A stretch of 20,000 nt of DNA, from the IMG/VR virus record IMGVR_UViG_3300025902_000018; one strand, written 5' to 3'. This document shows, piece after piece, positions 14,771-20,000 of this stretch (the stretch's first letter is position 1; every line of letters begins with the position of its first letter). Under the pieces are notes generated by a model. It worked only from the letters and a program-made list of their open reading frames with translations. It did not search any database and had not been told where the DNA came from. The translations under genes were made by a program, and so were the position numbers. This stretch comes from an uncultured virus (IMG/VR IMGVR_UViG_3300025902_000018). Lineage: Duplodnaviria; Heunggongvirae; Uroviricota; Caudoviricetes.

Positions 14771-15466
14771 ATGTCACACTCTATTAGAGAATTTAACTCC
14801 CCAAGTCTTATTTCAGACTACACCTTGATCAGGAATGACCATCCCGATGGAAGATATTACAGTCTACCAAACTCATCAAAGAAATTGTATTCGGTAACTA
14901 CGGTTCTTTCTAAGACTTCTGATAAGTCCGGATTGACAGAGTGGAGGAAACGTGTCGGTGAACATGAAGCTTCCAGGATTTCTAAAGAAGCAACAACCAT
15001 TGGAACTCGGTTACATTCATTGATGGAAACGTTGCTTGAAAATAAGTGGGCTGAGGTAAAGGAAGACCCCGAACTTCTATTCAGGTTCCAAAAGGTAAAG
15101 TCGTTTCTGGAAGATGACATCAAAGAATTGATGGGTTCTGAATTGCCGTTGTACTCAGAAACCTTAGGGATTGCCGGTACTACCGATCTAGTCTACCGGG
15201 ATACCCAAGATAGAATCGTAGTAGCTGATCTAAAGACTTCCAGAACAGCAAAAAAACGTGAATACATTGAAGATTACTTCTTACAACTTACTGCCTATGC
15301 AGTATGTCTCTATGAACGATTTAAGGTTGACTGTGAACTAGGTCTTAACTTAGTAGTTCTTCCAGATGGTAGTACCAATAAGTTCTATGTAGATCCCTCT
15401 GCCTATATGGAAACATTCCAGTCTCGTGTTCAACAATTCTTCACCATGAACCACCCCCAGGAATAA
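14771..15466 (+). CDS. PD-(D/E)XK (RecB/Cas4-like) exonuclease
   Basis: SVTTVLS, EWRKRVG, GTRLH, SELPLYS..GIAGTTD, ADLKTS, YFLQLTAYA. Confidence 0.85.
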   Translation: MSHSIREFNSPSLISDYTLIRNDHPDGRYYSLPNSSKKLYSVTTVLSKTSDKSGLTEWRKRVGEHEASRISKEATTIGTRLHSLMETLLENKWAEVKEDPELLFRFQKVKSFLEDDIKELMGSELPLYSETLGIAGTTDLVYRDTQDRIVVADLKTSRTAKKREYIEDYFLQLTAYAVCLYERFKVDCELGLNLVVLPDGSTNKFYVDPSAYMETFQSRVQQFFTMNHPQE

Positions 15467-15470
15467 TCCA

Positions 15471-15731
15471 ATGCCTATCTTCGATTTTAAATGTAAAGAA
15501 TGTGATACCGTCTTTGAACGGATTGCTAAGTGGGATGTCCATGAAGTTCAGGTTTGTCCTCATTGTATGTCAGAACACACTGAAATTCAATTCCCAACTC
15601 CAGCTATAGTGAGATGCAATACCCTTTTTGGACGCCAGAAAATCCCTACTGATTTCAAACAAGGGGTCTTAGAACCCATTAAGAAACATTACACTAAGAA
15701 AGGCTACAACTCAGATGCCATCAAGGTGTAG
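15471..15731 (+). CDS. FmdB-family zinc-ribbon protein
   Basis: MPIFDFKCKEC..FE...CPHC. Confidence 0.8.
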   Translation: MPIFDFKCKECDTVFERIAKWDVHEVQVCPHCMSEHTEIQFPTPAIVRCNTLFGRQKIPTDFKQGVLEPIKKHYTKKGYNSDAIKV

Positions 15732-15733
15732 TC

Positions 15734-15991
15734 ATGGAAGAAACTGCCAACGATCTTGGTTTCTTTACCCCAGAAACGTTTGAACTACAAGTAGAGTTAT
15801 TCAGGCAGAAATATAAAGATTCCTATATGGATACTATTGTAACTCTTCTTGAAGAACAGAATATAGATTTCTTGGATGCCAATGAATACATCAGTCCTCT
15901 CTTGAAGCTAAAGTTGGAAAATGAACTGTTAAAGACTAGACAATTGAAACATTCTAAGTTTCAAAGTAACTTTGAGGTTATGTTTGAATGA
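15734..15991 (+). CDS. Late transcription coactivator gp33-like
   Basis: F...VE.....SYMDTIV..LEEQNID....ISPLLKLKLENE; located before gp59 as in T4-like phages. Confidence 0.7.
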   Translation: MEETANDLGFFTPETFELQVELFRQKYKDSYMDTIVTLLEEQNIDFLDANEYISPLLKLKLENELLKTRQLKHSKFQSNFEVMFE

Positions 15992-16533
15992 CTGCAAATG
16001 AAGTGTGGGAACTGTACAGCAAACTAAAGAAGCATTTTAGAACAACTTCATTTGACTTTTACACTTCAAAGACTAAGATTAAACCATTAAAGCCAGAATC
16101 TTCAGATGAACGGGTATGTTCAACATTATCTTCTCTGCCTAAAGTAGAACTGTTTGGTCGGATTCTGGCTAACTTGATCGAAACCCCAGGGATAATCCCA
16201 ATTCAACTCCTAGATGCTAAAGCCAAAGAAGTTTGGGAGTTTTGGGATTTTAGAATAAGGAATAAGTATTGGTTGTTCTCTAGACAACTTAAAACCCATT
16301 ATGCTAAGTACACCTCTTTAGAACTGGAGAATATTGTTCAGGCGTACTGCTCCTCTATGATAAGTCCAGAGACCTTAGTAGGTCTCTATAGGTGTCAATA
16401 CCCATTCTCATTGGACCATGAAGATCCTATTGTTTCTACAGTTTCCAAATTGGTATTGAAATACAATTCTTTTCTGACATTCGATGAACCTCAATTAAAA
16501 ACCATAATCAAAAACGTCAAATTAGGAGAATAG
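15988..16533 (+). CDS. Helicase loader gp59-like (divergent)
   Basis: AxEVWELYSKLKKHF...FDFY, ISPETLV, LKYNSFL; synteny with gp33. Confidence 0.7.
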   Translation: MTANEVWELYSKLKKHFRTTSFDFYTSKTKIKPLKPESSDERVCSTLSSLPKVELFGRILANLIETPGIIPIQLLDAKAKEVWEFWDFRIRNKYWLFSRQLKTHYAKYTSLELENIVQAYCSSMISPETLVGLYRCQYPFSLDHEDPIVSTVSKLVLKYNSFLTFDEPQLKTIIKNVKLGE

Positions 16534-16536
16534 CCC

Positions 16537-16716
16537 ATGAAGCCACAACGTTCTTTACTGTCTAAGAGAAGTCATTATTCAAGTTTGAATGGTCAACGAA
16601 ACCAATGGGCTGAGCTGTCACAGAGGAAAGACGAAAGTAACCAAAAACGATCTCCCCAAAAAGTGCTTGACAAATCCGACCCGATCTACTATAATTTGAA
16701 AATTGATAAGGGGTAA
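16537..16716 (+). CDS. Small hypothetical protein (59 aa, below the ORF-track cutoff)
   Basis: AGGAG SD; MKPQRSLL...IDKG*. Confidence 0.4.
   Translation: MKPQRSLLSKRSHYSSLNGQRNQWAELSQRKDESNQKRSPQKVLDKSDPIYYNLKIDKG
16667..16695 (+). promoter_or_regulatory. Consensus sigma70 early promoter
   Basis: Perfect TTGACA-17 nt-TATAAT, preceded by the same CCCAAAAAGT as the promoter at 14718. Confidence 0.85.
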
Positions 16717-16720
16717 TGTT

Positions 16721-17476
16721 GTGCAGATTCAGGTAGCCTCAGACCTTCACCTTGATATCAATGGTACTATTTCTGGAATTTGCTCGTATAAGAGCATTCA
16801 TTCATCTATTCTAAATTCTAGGGGAAAATCAGATACAGTCCTAATCCTAGCTGGAGATATCTGTAATCCTAGATTTTATTCGCAGTTGTTAGATGTATTA
16901 AGTCCATTGTGGCGGCATATCATTATAGTTCCAGGAAATCATGAGTTTTATGGGTGGTCTATTGCTGAAGGACTTGACAGTATGAAGACTTCAGCCAGTA
17001 ACTATTCAAATGTAAGTATCCTTGATAAAGCAACGGTTGAGATTGACGGAATAACCTTCATTGGAGCCATAGGCTGGGCACCCACCAAACAAATTCCTAA
17101 CATAGAACGATTTATCAATGATTTTTCTTGGATAAAGGATTTTAAGACCCATACCCACAGGTGTCAGGAACTTCACGATGAAAGTATGGAGTGGTTACGG
17201 TCAACCTTGATAATGACAGAGACTCCTAAGGTAGTCGTTACTCATTTTGGACAACTATCACTTCCTGTCCCTAATAAGTTTATCGGCAGCTTAGTGAACT
17301 CATACTTCATTACTGGGGCATTAGATGATTGTTCGGATAAACCAGAACTATTCATTCATGGCCACACCCATGTCAGTTACTCTATCAAACGTAATTCGTA
17401 CGGAATATTATGTAATCCATTAGGATATGGTACTGAGAATTTACAGTATTCACCAAATCTGATTCACACTCTTTAA
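16721..17476 (+). CDS. Calcineurin-like metallophosphoesterase
   Basis: SDLH, AGDI, PGNHE, VTH, HGHTH, CNPLGY; GTG start after AAGGGG. Confidence 0.88.
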   Translation: MQIQVASDLHLDINGTISGICSYKSIHSSILNSRGKSDTVLILAGDICNPRFYSQLLDVLSPLWRHIIIVPGNHEFYGWSIAEGLDSMKTSASNYSNVSILDKATVEIDGITFIGAIGWAPTKQIPNIERFINDFSWIKDFKTHTHRCQELHDESMEWLRSTLIMTETPKVVVTHFGQLSLPVPNKFIGSLVNSYFITGALDDCSDKPELFIHGHTHVSYSIKRNSYGILCNPLGYGTENLQYSPNLIHTL

Positions 17477-17485
17477 GGAATCTTT

Positions 17486-17830
17486 ATGGCCTTAACCGTT
17501 CGAGAGTTGAAAGAGACTGAAACCTGGATAGTTCTTAATGACAAACTTTCAGATCTGCCTATTCATCGTCGAGTTCTCCCCCTTCTTCTCTTAGTGACTT
17601 ATCTGAATAATCAAGGCATTAGGAATAGGACTGAACTCTTTATCAAATCTGGAGAGTTCGAACGGGACATGGATGACTTCTATGTGAAATTTAAGTATAC
17701 CGAACACGTTCACAAACCAGAGTCAGATCTAATTCGTTGTTGCAGTAAGATTCACCAATATCTTGAACAACACGATATTTCAGTAGATTCAATAATCCCG
17801 TTGCTACACTTCCTGCAAAAATCACTTTAA
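17486..17830 (+). CDS. Hypothetical protein
   Basis: TAAGGA SD, 114 aa. Confidence 0.6.
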   Translation: MALTVRELKETETWIVLNDKLSDLPIHRRVLPLLLLVTYLNNQGIRNRTELFIKSGEFERDMDDFYVKFKYTEHVHKPESDLIRCCSKIHQYLEQHDISVDSIIPLLHFLQKSL

Positions 17831-17841
17831 GGAACCTTACC

Positions 17842-18081
17842 ATGTCAGAACCCGTTTGTTTTCGCCTAGATTCTTTTCCCGACGTCCCCTTCTATATTGC
17901 TGATATTGCCGATAAAGAAGAAGATGTTGAAATTTCAATTTCAACTAAGGATCCTGATCAAGAACATGTGTTAGACAATCCCCTATTCAGGGAAGAAGTG
18001 ACTAAGTTTTTGGAAACCATGATCAATGAAGCCGTGAAGAACGCTAAAGAAAAGTTAGATTCTTCAGAAGAGAGTGAGTAA
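17842..18081 (+). CDS. Hypothetical protein
   Basis: TAAGGA SD, 79 aa, acidic. Confidence 0.6.
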   Translation: MSEPVCFRLDSFPDVPFYIADIADKEEDVEISISTKDPDQEHVLDNPLFREEVTKFLETMINEAVKNAKEKLDSSEESE

Positions 18082-18699
18082 ATGATAACTATTGCCATAG
18101 GAGGAGACAATGTCCGAGGTGAACAGCTGTATTTCACCTCGGACACGTAGACCCATTTTTACCATACCAATATTTTAGCTTACTGTAAGAATAGAGAGTT
18201 CGTCTCCTTAGAGGATCATAATGAGAAGTTGGTTGAATTGTGGAATGAGGTTGTTTCCCCAGACTCCATTATAATCCATCTAGGAGACTTTGCTTTTGGC
18301 AACCCAGGAAAGGCTTGCTCCATTCTTCCTAAACTGTCAGGGAAGAAGATTCTAGTTCCAGGCAATCATGATGCTAAGAATCTAAAGTCACCCGAGTTTA
18401 AATCGTTCTGGAGGCATATTACCGGACCTTTATTGGAGTTAGACCTTAAAGAGTTGTTTTTAGTCTTGTGCCACTTCCCGATTGAATGTTGGAATCACAG
18501 GTACCATGGGTCTATCCATCTTCATGGTCATTGTCATTCTAATAGGGAGCAAGGGTTAAAGCCTAGACAACTTAAGAATAGACTGGATGTAGGAGTAGAT
18601 TATCATAACCTGAAACCAATATCATTACCCGAAGTTCTTGCTGAAGTGACCAGGAATAATGATGAATTGATGACTCAAACTTTAGACCAAGTGTTTTAG
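18082..18699 (+). CDS. Metallophosphoesterase with an in-frame TAG at 18148 (recoded gene or pseudogene)
   Basis: Single frame: MITIAIGGDNVRGEQLYFTSDT*THFYHTNILAYC..WNEVV..HLGDF..GNHD..CHFP..HLHGHCH..DVGVD. Confidence 0.75.
18111..18145 (+). promoter_or_regulatory. 13-bp perfect stem-loop abutting the in-frame stop
   Basis: TGTCCGAGGTGAA-(9 nt loop)-TTCACCTCGGACA. Confidence 0.7.
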
Positions 18700-18710
18700 C
18701 TGAGGAAACT

Positions 18711-19070
18711 ATGAAAAGAGCACAGATGTTGGAGATTGTTGATGTTCTAACCAATCTTAAAGACCAGAAACTCCCAGTGAAGTTAGCCTACCGGGTGTCT
18801 AGGATCCTAGACAAGTGTAACCGAGAACAGACGTTCTTTGAAAATGAACGAATTAAGTTGGTTCGAACTTTAGGAGTCGAGAAAGAGTCGGGACAGATTG
18901 AAGTTCCAGATGAGAATCGAGAAACCTTTGTGGAGAAGATTAGCACCCTCCTTGAAGAAGAGGTTGATGTTCAACTACCTATGCTTCCATTGGAGTTATT
19001 TCCTGATGCTATTGTAATTTCAACTCAGGACATGACTAAATTAGCATGTCTTATTGAAGAACCCATGTAG
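18711..19070 (+). CDS. Hypothetical phage protein (helical; LPVKLAY motif)
   Basis: GAGGA SD, 119 aa. Confidence 0.65.
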   Translation: MKRAQMLEIVDVLTNLKDQKLPVKLAYRVSRILDKCNREQTFFENERIKLVRTLGVEKESGQIEVPDENRETFVEKISTLLEEEVDVQLPMLPLELFPDAIVISTQDMTKLACLIEEPM

Positions 19071-19089
19071 GGCTAACTTGGAGAACTCT

Positions 19090-19458
19090 ATGAAATATCA
19101 AGGCAAACAGTTTGTGACTGTGAAGTTTCTGAAAGAGAATTCCCTAATCAGTAACGAATCGGTATTCTTTAAGACCATTCCACAACGATATAAGTTGAAA
19201 GTGTTGGACAATAAACTGTATGATGAGGTTGAAACCATTAAAGGTAAGCTAGAAAGTATCAACGAAGTGGATATGGAACTTCCTGGGTGGGTTGTTCCCC
19301 TATCAGATATTGAAGTTGATGTAGAGCCAGTTCCGGCTCTTCATGATATTAAACCAGATAGTGTCTTTGACTATCTGGATTTCATCAGTTACGACTTCTA
19401 TCAGTCGATGAAGTGGGTTGGCTATGCCAAGAGGACAAAACTCGGAGGTAATGAATGA
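19090..19458 (+). CDS. Hypothetical protein
   Basis: GGAG SD before ATG at 19090. Confidence 0.55.
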   Translation: MKYQGKQFVTVKFLKENSLISNESVFFKTIPQRYKLKVLDNKLYDEVETIKGKLESINEVDMELPGWVVPLSDIEVDVEPVPALHDIKPDSVFDYLDFISYDFYQSMKWVGYAKRTKLGGNE

Positions 19459-19634
19459 GCACACCTGAACAACAATCAGAAGATATTGAAATTCGGATTC
19501 GGAAAGAAAACCATGGCTATACGGTTTCTGGAAGGTACATGAAGATAACTTCACAGACATCAATCGCAGATCTTAATGAACTGGAATCTGCTATTGATCA
19601 TATCAAGCAGGTAGGGATGGATTATTGGAAGTGA
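19455..19634 (+). CDS. Small hypothetical protein (59 aa)
   Basis: GGAGG SD; ATGA overlap with the upstream stop; MSTPEQQSE...DYWK*. Confidence 0.5.
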   Translation: MSTPEQQSEDIEIRIRKENHGYTVSGRYMKITSQTSIADLNELESAIDHIKQVGMDYWK

Positions 19635-19656
19635 TGATTTAACCACCTAAGCAACC

Positions 19657-19682
19657 ACTCTACCTTATCTCTAAGGTAGAGT
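19657..19682. terminator. Intergenic hairpin (terminator or RNA-processing stem)
   Basis: Perfect 11-bp inverted repeat ACTCTACCTTA-TCTC-TAAGGTAGAGT; no long U-tract. Confidence 0.45.
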
Positions 19683-19703
19683 TATCCCCGAAGAGGATTT
19701 AAA

Positions 19704-20000
19704 GTGACCAATAAAATGTTTATTAGTTTTGATGAACTTCAATCTTGTATTCAAAAAGCTAAAGATTTTGAAGCATGTCGGGAGGAAATTGAAACACTAG
19801 TACAACTATCCTCCGTTGAAGAATTCTTTAATCACAAAGAGTGTCCATACTGGTTGTATTGGTACTCATACAATGTTCTTAAAAGCCGTTGGCCTGAAGC
19901 CGAAGAGTTCATTAAACAGGATCCTGAATGGGCTTATCGGTATAGTTTGAATGTCATTGAAGGTCGTTGGCCTGAAGCCGAAGAGTTCATTAAACAGGAT
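19704..20000 (+). CDS. Repeat protein with 26-aa RWPEAE units, 3'-truncated by the window edge
   Basis: GAGGA SD then GTG; the open frame contains RWPEAEEFIKQD twice. Confidence 0.7.
   Translation, partial: MTNKMFISFDELQSCIQKAKDFEACREEIETLVQLSSVEEFFNHKECPYWLYWYSYNVLKSRWPEAEEFIKQDPEWAYRYSLNVIEGRWPEAEEFIKQD
19887..20000 (+). repeat. Coding tandem repeat with 78-bp period
   Basis: Identical 36-mer CGTTGGCCTGAAGCCGAAGAGTTCATTAAACAGGAT at 19887-19922 and 19965-20000. Confidence 0.85.

Noticed and set aside
14771..15466. Cas4-like nuclease as evidence of CRISPR-Cas
   Set aside because: It lacks the Fe-S cysteine cluster and cas neighbours; this is a common standalone exonuclease in T4-like phages.
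18148..18150. Genome-wide TAG reassignment (code 15) as the explanation for the in-frame stop
   Set aside because: TAG ends many genes at sensible positions (1077, 15731, 16533, 18699, hsp20), long ORFs are unbroken, and readthrough would not restore DxH.
18110..18178. Out-of-frame 22-aa ORF starting at ATG 18110 after GGAGGAG
   Set aside because: No recognisable product and the phosphoesterase motif is in another frame; kept only as a possible regulatory part of the bypass signal.
33..19563. Shadow ORFs in the track (33-299, 379-702, 5862-6044, 6963-7250, 7711-7902, 9367-9555, 10387-10635, 11435-11656, 11691-11873, 12402-12593, 14857-15123, 17958-18146, 18572-18754, 19303-19563)
   Set aside because: They overlap better-supported genes, have no recognisable motifs, and none encodes the missing terminase middle segment.
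19887..20000. 36-nt repeat with 42-nt spacer resembling a CRISPR array
   Set aside because: The period is 26 codons in an open frame, the spacer translation resembles the preceding unit, the repeat is not palindromic, and no cas operon is present.

Overview
A 20 kb segment of a large T4-like myophage genome, read in the standard code with TAG used as a normal stop. Nucleotide-metabolism and replication genes (PNK 3'-phosphatase, purN, thyX, uvsY, gp33, gp59, PD-(D/E)XK exonuclease, two metallophosphoesterases) are interleaved, often head-to-head or tail-to-tail, with a scrambled late module (gp14, gp15, gp16, two gp19-like tail tubes). The window also holds a solo IS200/IS605 tnpB element and an hsp20 gene with a ROSE-like leader. 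The main finding is the large terminase (gp17), which is broken into two convergent genes, each carrying half of an atypically split intein. The two halves sit at different insertion sites (after Walker A GK, and before the Cys of Walker B DE/C), so about 90 aa of the ATPase core is missing from the window. This implies a TerL in at least three pieces assembled by two orthogonal trans-splicing reactions. Other signals are a hairpin-flanked ACG-TAG-ACC inside a phosphoesterase DxH motif (candidate stop-hop bypass) and an apparent ATC start for gp14. All product calls come from motif recognition by eye; no searches were run.
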